Shown here: one piece after another, positions 1-8,196 of the stretch
How positions within the stretch are numbered: position 1 is the first letter of the stretch
Layout of the letters: each line of letters starts with the position of its first letter
Source: Thermodesulfobacteriota bacterium
GTDB lineage: Bacteria; Desulfobacterota; GWC2-55-46; JADFVP01
Direction: 5' to 3'
NCBI GenBank assembly: GCA_035288385.1
Contig: DATEAM010000124.1
Location: 1 to 32,092 of the forward strand
DNA length: 32,092 nucleotides
The notes under the pieces: generated by a model
Seen by the model: only the letters and a program-made list of their open reading frames with translations
Databases searched by the model: none
Told to the model about the DNA's origin: nothing
Position numbers and translations under genes: made by a program

Positions 1-19
1 AGGTTTCCCCCTACAATAA

Positions 20-256
20 ATGGAAACAGGACCGATAAAAGGCGCGGCGAGCCGGGTCTTCGGCTTCGCCCTCATATCCCTCGCCTTCCTCAACTCGCTC
101 TTCTCGCTCAAGACCGGGGCGTTGCCGGGGGTGTTCAACTATCTCATAATAGCTTCGGGTCTGCTTTTTCTGGGAATCGGGCTCCTCAAGTCGCGGCATG
201 GCTCATCTCCTTCGAACGCTGCCAAGCCACAAGAGCTCGAGGACGAGGACTACTAA
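20..256 (+). CDS. hypothetical small membrane protein (two hydrophobic helices)
   Basis: 78-aa ATG ORF with hydrophobic stretches FGFALISLAFLNSLF and LIIASGLLFLGIGLL and mostly G/C third codon positions. There is no Shine-Dalgarno, and it overlaps the 3' end of the convergent gene 203..1732 by 54 nt. It could be a shadow ORF. Confidence 0.3.
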   Translation: METGPIKGAASRVFGFALISLAFLNSLFSLKTGALPGVFNYLIIASGLLFLGIGLLKSRHGSSPSNAAKPQELEDEDY

Positions 257-1732
257 GGCCGCCGCCGCACTCCATGCGTAAACCCCCGGGGAGCTCACTG
301 TCTCGAGAACGAGGCTTTGCCACGCAGTCATGACGTGCCTGGAGCCAGTATCCCCGTTGGAGCCGTCCCAGGCGGCGAAGGCGATGGGTATGAAGACACC
401 CTCTTTAAACTGGATGTCCTTTCCCTCCTCTCCCGCAAGAAGAGGCCTTTTAATCACGACCCGCCATGTGCCCCTGTCGTAGTAGCCCTCTGCCCTGAAG
501 CCCGCGCCTTCGGCCTCCCTCTTCTCCATATCCTCAATGCCCCGGGCGTTAATAATCTCCAGGCCCTGTGGTTCCTCAGCAGTCCCGCCCTGCCAGAACC
601 AGATGTTTACGGGCCGGGTAGGGCTGCCCATGCCGAAATAGGGTTTCTGGCCGTCTCCCGTCGGCGAAGAGGGGAACTCCACGGCAACGGCGTCCCTGAA
701 GACCTCGCCTCCCGCTATCTCCTCCGATTCCTTGTCCCCGGGCACGCTCCCGGTATGGTCGTCCCATTCAATGAGCAACGCGAGTTCTCTATCGTTATAG
801 ACGGCTTTCACCGAGATCGAATCTATGGAGGGTTTGAAAAGCCTTTCCCCTGCCATTATCTGCGGGACCATGTAAAAGCTCTTATACTCAACCTCTTCCC
901 ACGCCGCGTCTTCGGGTCCTGAGGGCACCTCTCCCTCCATGCGCCTCGCCTTTATAACGGCGTCGTCTCCCGGCTTCTTATAAGGCTCGTTAAGAGTGGA
1001 TACGTAGTTCGCGATATCCCATCTTTCATTTTCAGTCAGTTTCTTTATACTCTCCGGGTCCGCGAAGCTCGGCATCTGCGTAAAGTGTACACCAGCGGTA
1101 ACGCGCGTATATATGTCCTCGGGGCTCCTCCCGGCCCTGAAGGTCCAGTGCTTCGTCAGGTTCCTCGGCCAGGTTCGGTCCCCGTAATCGTCCTTTAGCT
1201 TCTTCTGCCCGTCCCCCCTTCCGAGCTCCCCGTGGCACTCGGAGCACCTGTCCCGGAAGAGCTCCCCTCCCCTCTCCATGCCCTCTTCAGTCGGCCTTAC
1301 CCGGCCGGAGAGGTCTACGGGCTCCTTTACGGGGGCTTGGAGCATGGCGAGGCTCTTTATATACTCGATGACGTCTTCTATCTCCCTGTCGTTCAAGACG
1401 TCAGACCACCCGGGCATCGATGTCCCGTTAAGCCCGTCCCAGCCAGGGACCCTCTCCTCCGTAAGGCCCCCTATTATCATTCCCCTGAGGTCCTCGCCGG
1501 ACGGGGCGTACTCGTCAAAGGGCGTGGACTTCCACTTGTAGAGCCCGAAGGTAAAATCCCTCGGGGGCGGGTTCAGGAATTCGAAGGCAGGGCCGTCGCC
1601 AGAACCATCCTCGCCGTGACACCACCAGCAGTACTTTTCATATACTGCCCTGCCGCGCTCCACATCTCCTGCAGAGGCTTGTGCGGCGCTGAATACGGCT
1701 ATGAGGAGTATGTATAAGATAGTTTTTCGCAC
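203..1732 (-). CDS. membrane-anchored dihaem cytochrome c fused to an EB_dh-like (cytochrome c-552/DMSO-reductase-like) haem-binding domain
   Basis: 509-aa ORF with a GTG start and signal peptide MRKTILYILLIAVFSAAQASA. It has two CxxCH motifs (CWWCH, CSECH). The C-terminal ~200 aa show EB_dh-like blocks (AVAVEFPSS, KPYFGMGS, VNIWFWQ, IAFAAWDGSNGD). There is a C-terminal hydrophobic anchor ALVVLVLELLWLG. Confidence 0.85.
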   Translation of the reverse strand: MRKTILYILLIAVFSAAQASAGDVERGRAVYEKYCWWCHGEDGSGDGPAFEFLNPPPRDFTFGLYKWKSTPFDEYAPSGEDLRGMIIGGLTEERVPGWDGLNGTSMPGWSDVLNDREIEDVIEYIKSLAMLQAPVKEPVDLSGRVRPTEEGMERGGELFRDRCSECHGELGRGDGQKKLKDDYGDRTWPRNLTKHWTFRAGRSPEDIYTRVTAGVHFTQMPSFADPESIKKLTENERWDIANYVSTLNEPYKKPGDDAVIKARRMEGEVPSGPEDAAWEEVEYKSFYMVPQIMAGERLFKPSIDSISVKAVYNDRELALLIEWDDHTGSVPGDKESEEIAGGEVFRDAVAVEFPSSPTGDGQKPYFGMGSPTRPVNIWFWQGGTAEEPQGLEIINARGIEDMEKREAEGAGFRAEGYYDRGTWRVVIKRPLLAGEEGKDIQFKEGVFIPIAFAAWDGSNGDTGSRHVMTAWQSLVLETVSSPGVYAWSAAAALVVLVLELLWLGSVRRR

Positions 1733-1740
1733 ATTATATT

Positions 1741-1919
1741 GAGGAAAACTTTTTGAAAAAAGTTTTCCTCAAACTCCTTTCAAAAACTTTTAGCTATTCA
1801 TCCTTTTCAGGGAGACCCCCTCGTGAGAGAATTCCTCCACGGGGTCTCCCTGAAAAGGATAGCCAAGAGTCTTTGGAAGGGGGTTAGGGGGAAACCTTTC
1901 TGCAGATTGTGTTTCCACC
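1741..1919. repeat. nested-palindrome intergenic repeat, copy A (inverted relative to copies B and C)
   Basis: 1741-1770 is a perfect palindrome with 14-bp arms (GAGGAAAACTTTTT / AAAAAGTTTTCCTC). 1800-1819 pairs perfectly (20 bp) with 1841-1860. Outer arms are CCTTTCAAAAACTTTTAGCTAT / ATAGCCAAGAGTCTTTGGAAGG. A terminal hairpin runs GGGGGAAAC(1887-1895)...GTTTCCACC(1911-1919). The reverse complement aligns block by block with copies B and C. Confidence 0.8.
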
Positions 1920-1927
1920 TGACCCCC

Positions 1928-2683
1928 TTAATCCCACCTCAAGGGCCTGTTGCCCGTGTAGTCATATAAGAAAAGTATCGTCTTCCACACCTCGTCCTCA
2001 CTGAGGGTATCTTCCCACGCAGGCATCGTAGAACTCCAGGGGGCAGATTCCCTCGGAAGGCCCTCTCCCCCCTTTACTATCCTCCAGAAGAGATATGACT
2101 CCCGGAGCTGAGCTATGGTATCAGTGCCCTTGAAGGGAAGCGGCGGCGGGTTAAGCCCTCTGGAGAAGTGCCCCCTGCCGTCGAGCTTGGCGCCGTGGCA
2201 GTAAAAACACTCCTCGAAGTAAATTATCCCACCTTCCCTGACCAGCTCTTCAAACCTCCCGGGGTCTTCCGTCTCAAGCGCCCTGAAGGGATTTTCAAGG
2301 CCCTGGAGATTAAAGGTCCTACCGTAGGCCCTTATCACCGCCGGCGGTGCGGGGTGAACAGACCTCAGCTCAACGGGGGCCTCGAGCCCTGCCTTTACAG
2401 AACGGTAGGTGACTATGGCGGCTATAAGGGGCAACGCGACAAAGACTATATTCCGAAGGGTCTTTTTCGAGGGGTCAATAACGAGGGCACTCAAAGGTGC
2501 GGCCAGCTCCCTCGTACCCTCCTCGGTAGCCGTCATGACGAGGAGTATCACAACGACGGCAAAGAAGATGTAGAGTATGAGAAGGCTTTCGGGCACCGGT
2601 TTCCCGAAAAGAGAGGGGGCCTTGAATATCCCGTATGCCGCGATGACGAGTATGATGAATTTTACGAGGGCCGGTATCTTCAT
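1928..2683 (-). CDS. membrane-anchored monohaem cytochrome c
   Basis: 251-aa ATG ORF preceded by AAGGG. It has three N-terminal hydrophobic helices and a single CxxCH (CFYCH) in a C-terminal class-I-like cytochrome c domain ending LSEDEVWKTILFLYDY. Confidence 0.85.
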   Translation of the reverse strand: MKIPALVKFIILVIAAYGIFKAPSLFGKPVPESLLILYIFFAVVVILLVMTATEEGTRELAAPLSALVIDPSKKTLRNIVFVALPLIAAIVTYRSVKAGLEAPVELRSVHPAPPAVIRAYGRTFNLQGLENPFRALETEDPGRFEELVREGGIIYFEECFYCHGAKLDGRGHFSRGLNPPPLPFKGTDTIAQLRESYLFWRIVKGGEGLPRESAPWSSTMPAWEDTLSEDEVWKTILFLYDYTGNRPLRWD

Positions 2684-2699
2684 TTTCCCTTTGGGGCTC

Positions 2700-3218
2700 T
2701 TATTGAGCGATATCTTCCGAGGGCGGGGCCACCGTAACCTCCACGCCCGCGATACTCTGGAGATAGGCTATAACCGCCTTTATCTCGACCTCGTTAAGCC
2801 CTATGGTGGAGCCCCTCACATCCGGCATGGGGCTAACCGTATCGTCCGTTCCGGCAACTCCGAAGCCGGGCACGACGTACACCGAGGGTTCCACCATCGA
2901 CTCGTGAAGGTAGCCCTCGATATCGACCGCCCTGCCCCTGTATCCCGGGTCCTTAAGCCTCCCGGCGGCCTTTAAGGCGATATCGTCGAGGACCGGGGCC
3001 CTTCCCATGGGGTTGTGGCAAAGCGTGCACGCGCCCTTTCCGAGGTAGACCTCCTCGCCGAAGGCCACAAACTCCTCGGGCCCCATGTTGCTTACATCGA
3101 TTGCCTTCTCCTCCGGGGGCTCTTCAGGGGTAATCTCGGGTATGTACCCCACGGCGAAGAACGTATAAAAACCCACGACTATGAGGCTGAACACCGCTAT
3201 TTTTATAAAAACCTTCAT
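2700..3218 (-). CDS. membrane-anchored monohaem cytochrome c
   Basis: 172-aa ATG ORF with N-terminal TM anchor IAVFSLIVVGFYTFFAV, CxxCH motif CTLCH, and a class-I-like C-terminus (EIKAVIAYLQS). Confidence 0.85.
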   Translation of the reverse strand: MKVFIKIAVFSLIVVGFYTFFAVGYIPEITPEEPPEEKAIDVSNMGPEEFVAFGEEVYLGKGACTLCHNPMGRAPVLDDIALKAAGRLKDPGYRGRAVDIEGYLHESMVEPSVYVVPGFGVAGTDDTVSPMPDVRGSTIGLNEVEIKAVIAYLQSIAGVEVTVAPPSEDIAQ

Positions 3219-3228
3219 ATGCTTCTCT

Positions 3229-3370
3229 GGGGGGAACTTTCTGAAGAAAGTTTCCCCCAGACCCCCTTCAAAGACTTTTGGCTATTTCCCGGCAGGTAGC
3301 CGCTTAGCAGGAAATAGCTAAAAGTTTTTGGAAGGAGTCTGAGGAAACCTTTTTTCAAAAAGGTTCCCTC
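3229..3370. repeat. nested-palindrome intergenic repeat, copy B
   Basis: Left hairpin at 3229-3258 (GGGGGGAACTTTCT / AGAAAGTTTCCCCC). Long arms 3265-3289 (CCTTCAAAGACTTTTGGCTATTTCC) pair with 3310-3335 (GGAAATAGCTAAAAGTTTTTGGAAGG). Right hairpin at 3341-3370 (GAGGAAACCTTTT / AAAAGGTTCCCTC). The last 2 nt overlap the TGA stop of the bd-like gene. Confidence 0.8.
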
Positions 3371-5186
3371 AAGCCTTTTCCCCGAGCTGGCTCAACCAGA
3401 ATATGAATACCACGATAGCCATGAAGACTATGGTCCCGGCGGAGACCACCTTCACGGCATAGGCGATAGTTGGGGTATAGGCGTCCGGGGAGGCGTCCCT
3501 CATTATGGAGTAGACGTGCCAGTGCTGCCTTATGGCCGACCTCACGTATCCCATGAGCCCCATGAGCCATGTAAAGGATACGGCGAGGAGCACGAGGGCG
3601 TACTGGCTCCTCTGTGGCACATGGCCCCACTGGAAGGGGCCCACCTCTTCGGCGCCCCGGAGCATTGCCGACTCCACGACCAGGGAGACGATTATAACTA
3701 AAGCCGTTGTCGCCACCTGCGGTATCGAGGAGGCCACCTTGTAAGAGGCGTCGGTAAAGTATCCGTAGTAAACGCCGAGGAAGACGATGTTCATGATGCC
3801 TGCCGCGAAGAGCGCTACTATAAAGACATTACCGTACCTTGCCCAGGATACGACGGGGACCTTGTTCGCCCTCCTGTATAGAAGGAAACTCAGGTATGTA
3901 AAGACGACCATGATGTTTACGGCTATGTTCTTGGCGGGCATGAGCCCGAGAGGCGCGAGGTACGGGTGGTACTGGCCCCCGAGGGCCCTCGTCTCCGCCG
4001 GTTTGAGAATAATCGTGTGCGGGGTGAACCAGACGAGAAAGCAGAGGAATATGACGAAGGCGATATACTTTACGTATGGGGTGTACCTGTAGGCACCGGG
4101 GCTTCTCGCCATGCCGCACCATAGGTAATAGTTCGCCGAGAGGAATAGCGACCCTATGAGTACGGCCTGGATTATGAATAGCCACGCGAAGACCCCTCCC
4201 ATGAGCGTTATACCCATCTGCTGGCTGTAAGCGTATATCTCGGCGGTAAGCCAGTACCCTGCGAAGGGCAGAGGTATGAGGGCGCCTATGGCAATGAAGT
4301 TGGCCGTGTAACCCATCCAGTCGTAATGGGCCCTGTCTTCGGTGGTCCTCGAGCTCAGGAACTTGAAGGCCGCGTAAGCGCCGACTATGGAGCCACCGTA
4401 GGCTATGTTGGAGATGAACCTGTGGAGGTTCATCGGGTTCCATAGGTTGTTGTGGACAGCCGCCCCGAGGTTTCCCTGAAAGGCCCCTGAGGGGTCGACC
4501 CCGGCAGGGCTCATCATGAAGGTGGTCCAGGCGTTCGCTATGAACATGAGGGTCGTACCCGCGGCGTTCAACACTAACCCCACGGCGAGGTGCAGCCACT
4601 TCAAGCCCCCGGTGCTCATCGGCTTCCATCCGTAGTAATAGACGTAGAGGGCGCCGCTTTCAACGAAGAAAAGGAGCGCATAGAGGAGCATGGTGGAGCC
4701 GAAGATGGAGGCGAGGTATTTCAGGAGGTCCGGGTAAAAGACGAGGAGGCTGAAAAGGAGGATGCCCCCGGTAATGGCCGTTATCGAATAGGCCGTGATG
4801 CTTACCCTTATGAACTCATAGGCCACGCGGTCGTATCTGGAGTCCTTCTTGAAGACACCCAGGGCCTCGATGATGAAGACGAATATGGGCACGGCGAGGA
4901 CGAAGGCCGCGAACCAGAGGTGCATCTGCGCTGCGAACCAGACGGCGAGCCTGCTCGGGACCCCTTTTATCCTCGGGTAGTCTTCGGCCTTGAGCTTCGG
5001 TGCGGGGCGGTAACGCACCTCGCCCGCATCCTTAAAGCCGGCCTTCTCTACGACCTCCCCTCCCTTGACTTCCGGCATGTCGGTTTGAGCGTAGGAAGAT
5101 GAGACGGGTACGGCAAAGGCCGCGAGCAGGAGAAAGGCCGTAAGGACAAGGAGAGATTTTTTCAGCACTCTTGACGACAATCGCAT
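3369..5186 (-). CDS. cytochrome bd-like oxidase subunit I homologue (CydA family), no CydB partner nearby
   Basis: The ORF track extends to a TTG at 5276. I favour the ATG at 5186 (MRLSSRVLKKSLLVLTAFLLLAAFAVPVSSSYAQ, a signal/anchor). The protein is a long polytopic membrane protein (many hydrophobic segments). CydA-like His-containing helices are AAQMHLWFAAFVLAVPIF and NLHRFISNIAYGGSIVG. Confidence 0.75.
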   Translation of the reverse strand: MRLSSRVLKKSLLVLTAFLLLAAFAVPVSSSYAQTDMPEVKGGEVVEKAGFKDAGEVRYRPAPKLKAEDYPRIKGVPSRLAVWFAAQMHLWFAAFVLAVPIFVFIIEALGVFKKDSRYDRVAYEFIRVSITAYSITAITGGILLFSLLVFYPDLLKYLASIFGSTMLLYALLFFVESGALYVYYYGWKPMSTGGLKWLHLAVGLVLNAAGTTLMFIANAWTTFMMSPAGVDPSGAFQGNLGAAVHNNLWNPMNLHRFISNIAYGGSIVGAYAAFKFLSSRTTEDRAHYDWMGYTANFIAIGALIPLPFAGYWLTAEIYAYSQQMGITLMGGVFAWLFIIQAVLIGSLFLSANYYLWCGMARSPGAYRYTPYVKYIAFVIFLCFLVWFTPHTIILKPAETRALGGQYHPYLAPLGLMPAKNIAVNIMVVFTYLSFLLYRRANKVPVVSWARYGNVFIVALFAAGIMNIVFLGVYYGYFTDASYKVASSIPQVATTALVIIVSLVVESAMLRGAEEVGPFQWGHVPQRSQYALVLLAVSFTWLMGLMGYVRSAIRQHWHVYSIMRDASPDAYTPTIAYAVKVVSAGTIVFMAIVVFIFWLSQLGEKA

Positions 5187-5193
5187 AACAGCA

Positions 5194-5310
5194 CTAAAAA
5201 CCTTGATAGATAAAGGAAAGACCCCTGGCGTTGAATATGACCTTATCCATAAGGATAAAGAGGCCGGAAAGGACAAGGAAAGAGACGATAAAGGCCGCGA
5301 TTGATTTCAT
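5194..5310 (-). CDS. candidate 38-aa single-TM peptide upstream of the bd-like oxidase gene (not in the supplied ORF track)
   Basis: Hand translation gives MKSIAAFIVSFLVLSGLFILMDKVIFNARGLSFIYQGF with a TAG stop at 5196-5194. The ATG at 5310 is preceded by GGGAG with an 8-nt spacer. It ends 7 nt before the ATG at 5186 of the bd-like gene. Confidence 0.35.
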   Translation of the reverse strand: MKSIAAFIVSFLVLSGLFILMDKVIFNARGLSFIYQGF

Positions 5311-5565
5311 CTTAACAACTCCCGGCATTGCGTTTTAAAATAAAAGACCCTCCCGCGGGCGTTGACAAACCCTTCGGTATCGAATATTCTCAAGCCATGC
5401 GGAGAACAAGAAAACCCGGGCCGGTTGATATCGTAATACTTTTGGGTGCGTTTGTAAATCTGGTTGTTATAACGCTTTTGGTCGCGCTCTGGCTCTCCGG
5501 CGGATAATATCGGAAGGGAACCTTAAGGCAGGAAGTTTCGGGCTGAGGGGTGTCTTCCGGTAGGG

Positions 5566-7212
5566 TCAATACACTTCGTTAAAGACGCTCAGGACGTGGG
5601 GGACTACCTGCTTTTTCCTCGAGATGACGTTTTTGAGCTCGTAGACGTTCTCCTCAAGCTCGGGGTATCCGAGGTTATAGAGGACCTTCTTTTCCCCGAC
5701 GGCAAGAAGCAGCGAGGTGCCGTAGACTATGTCGGTGACAAGGAGCGCCGAGAGCTTCAGGTCCTTTTCCCTTTTCGTCTTTTCGAGCACTCCTTTTAAT
5801 CTTTCCTTCTCCTCGTAAAACTCCTCGAAGCCTATAGTCTCCACCTGGCCTATGCCGAACCTCTTTCCCTTCGCCTCGAAGACCTTGTGGTCCCCGATGA
5901 CCACCTCCCCAGGGGTCCTTTTCTTGAGGCTCGACGTGGCGCGGAATATCTCGGCCCCGAAGTCCTTGTAATCGAGCCCCGAGTTCTCCTCGAGCCACTT
6001 TACTATGGAGGCGTCCCTTTCCGTGGTCGTGGGGGACTTGAGCATGACGGTGTCCGAGAGGACCCCGCCGAGGAGCAACCCGGCGGTCTCTTTCTTGATG
6101 GGCACGCCCCTTCTCATATAGAGCTCCGCCACGAGGGTGGAGGTGGAACCCACGGGGTCGCAGAGGAAGGGTATGGCCTGGTGGGTATGTATGCCCCCTA
6201 TCCTGTGGTGGTCTATTACCTCGAGTATGTTGACTCTCTCGGCGCCGTCAACGGCCTGGGATAGCTCGTTGTGGTCCACGAGGATAAGGGAGGTGGTCGA
6301 GGGTTTGAGCATGTTGCTCTTCGTTATTATCCCATGCATTACCCCCTCGCCGTCGAGGACTATTATCCCGCTGGTCTTAGCCATCCTGTACTTGAGGTCG
6401 TCTGCGAGCTCGTCTGGAGAGGCCTTCTCGAAGTCTCGGTCGCACGTCTTGTAGGCGGGGGTGCTGAGCCTTACGAGGAGCGCCGTCGTTGCGGAGTCGT
6501 AAGGGGATACGGCGATGCTGACCCTTTTTTTCTTCGCCTCCTCGACTATCCGCCCTTCGACCCTTAACCCCCCGCTTATTACGAGAAGCCCCACGCCGAC
6601 CTCGATGGACCTCTTCTGTATCTCCGTTCTGTCGCCGACGATTACTACGCATTCCCCGGGTTCTTTTTCCCCGATGATCCTCAAAAAGGACTCCTCCTCC
6701 ATGGCTGCTACGTAAACGGAAAAGACCTTCTCCTCGTCCCCGAGGAAGTCCAGGACCTTGTCGGCGTTAAGGGTACTGACGACGTTTCCAAAGGAGGTGA
6801 AGACCTCGCGAACACCCTCGGCCTCTATCTTCTCGAAGTACCTCTTTGCCAGCTCCATGATGGTAACGACACCCGAGGGCCTTCCACGGGGGTCGAGGAC
6901 CGGGATGAAACGTATATCCTGGCGCCTCATCACCTCCATGACCTTGAGGAGTGGAGTAGCCTCCGGGACCGTAACCACGTCTTCGCTCATGATGTCCCTT
7001 GCCTTCGGGTATACGTCCGGCAGGTACCTCGGGGGCTTGATGCCGAGGTAATCGAGTATGAAGGCCGTCTGGGGGTTAATGTCCCCCGCCCTCGCGGCCA
7101 CTACGTTATCCATCCCCTCGGCCGCCTTCAACTCGGCGAGCGCGATGGCCGAACAGACCGAGTCGGTGTCGGGGTTCTTGTGACCTATTACATATACTAC
7201 GTTTTTACTCAC
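5566..7212 (-). CDS. ppaC: CBS-domain-containing family II (DHH/DHHA2) inorganic pyrophosphatase
   Basis: 548 aa with DHH motifs (IGHKNPDTDS, LVDHNE, VIDHHRIG). A CBS pair plus a DRTGG-like insert (IVGDRTEIQ) lie within the DHH domain, followed by a C-terminal DHHA2-like region. The GTG start overlaps the TGA stop of the upstream ADH (GTGA). Confidence 0.85.
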   Translation of the reverse strand: MSKNVVYVIGHKNPDTDSVCSAIALAELKAAEGMDNVVAARAGDINPQTAFILDYLGIKPPRYLPDVYPKARDIMSEDVVTVPEATPLLKVMEVMRRQDIRFIPVLDPRGRPSGVVTIMELAKRYFEKIEAEGVREVFTSFGNVVSTLNADKVLDFLGDEEKVFSVYVAAMEEESFLRIIGEKEPGECVVIVGDRTEIQKRSIEVGVGLLVISGGLRVEGRIVEEAKKKRVSIAVSPYDSATTALLVRLSTPAYKTCDRDFEKASPDELADDLKYRMAKTSGIIVLDGEGVMHGIITKSNMLKPSTTSLILVDHNELSQAVDGAERVNILEVIDHHRIGGIHTHQAIPFLCDPVGSTSTLVAELYMRRGVPIKKETAGLLLGGVLSDTVMLKSPTTTERDASIVKWLEENSGLDYKDFGAEIFRATSSLKKRTPGEVVIGDHKVFEAKGKRFGIGQVETIGFEEFYEEKERLKGVLEKTKREKDLKLSALLVTDIVYGTSLLLAVGEKKVLYNLGYPELEENVYELKNVISRKKQVVPHVLSVFNEVY

Positions 7213-8186
7213 CAGGCTTTTACTCCCTTTTTAGCCCCTACGTCGATTATGACCTTGAGCACCCCTTTTTTAGAGGCATAGTCGAGGGCTGAGGCGCCCT
7301 CTTCGAGGCGGAATTTTTTCGTTATAAGAGGCCTTACATCCACCGTGCCTTCAACCAGCGACTCTATGGCGGGGTCGAAAGGGCCGCAGCGCGAACCCAG
7401 AACCGTCAACTCGTCTATCACCACACAGTTCAAGTCAACGGGGCCCCTCTCGGCAACCGTGGTCTTCATGACGACGGTTCCCCTCGGTCTTACAAGGGCA
7501 AGAGCGTCACTGAGCCCCGAGGGTGAGCCGGTGCAATCAACGACGATGTCGAAATCTTTATCGAGCCCCTTGACGCCTAAGACCGTGCGTATTCCTTTTT
7601 CGGAGAGGATGGATAACTTCTCCCCGTGCCTCCCGCAGACCGTAAGGTCGCACCCCGTGCTTGAAAGGACCTGGGCCACGATAAGGCCGAGCCTGCCGTC
7701 GCCGAGCACGCACACCCGGGCCCCGAGACCTGCCTCCACCTGCTCAAGGACCTCAAAGGCCGCTGCTACGGGTTCCGCGAAGAGGGCCTCTTCGTCAGAG
7801 AGGGAATCCGGGACGACATGGAGGTTTTTCACGGGAAGCGTAAGGTAATCGGCAAAGGCGCCGTCCTTGTTCAGAATGCCGAGCACGGTCCTTCGCGGGC
7901 AGTGGTTCTTGAGGCCCTCAGAGCACCAGCCACACTCGCCGCAGCCGATGTTTATCTCTCCAACCACCCTCCTGCCGACGAGCGGCTTATCGGCGCACTC
8001 CTCGACCACCCCCACGAACTCGTGCCCCATGACGCCCTTGAAGCCCATGTACCCCCTGGCGATCTCGAGGTCGGTAGCGCAGACCCCCGCAAAGCCCACC
8101 CTCACGAGGGCCTCGCCCGAAGAGACCGCCGGCTCAGGCCAGTCGTCCCTGTAACAAAGTTTACCATCAAAGACAAGGGCCCGCAT
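7209..8186 (-). CDS. zinc-dependent medium-chain alcohol/polyol dehydrogenase family protein
   Basis: Motifs are GHEFVGVVEE, the structural-Zn Cys cluster GCGECGWCSEGLKNHC, and the Rossmann motif VLGDGRLG. The ORF track starts at a GTG at 8207. I favour the ATG at 8186 (MRALVFDGK), which is typical for this family. Confidence 0.85.
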   Translation of the reverse strand: MRALVFDGKLCYRDDWPEPAVSSGEALVRVGFAGVCATDLEIARGYMGFKGVMGHEFVGVVEECADKPLVGRRVVGEINIGCGECGWCSEGLKNHCPRRTVLGILNKDGAFADYLTLPVKNLHVVPDSLSDEEALFAEPVAAAFEVLEQVEAGLGARVCVLGDGRLGLIVAQVLSSTGCDLTVCGRHGEKLSILSEKGIRTVLGVKGLDKDFDIVVDCTGSPSGLSDALALVRPRGTVVMKTTVAERGPVDLNCVVIDELTVLGSRCGPFDPAIESLVEGTVDVRPLITKKFRLEEGASALDYASKKGVLKVIIDVGAKKGVKAW

Positions 8187-8196
8187 TTTAAGAACC

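Noticed and set aside
1-40. The window starts with AGGTTTCCCCC...GGAAAC, resembling an arm of the nested-palindrome repeat, so it could be a possible fourth copy.
   Set aside because: Only ~10 nt match, the following sequence diverges from copies A-C, and it is truncated by the window edge. It cannot be supported.
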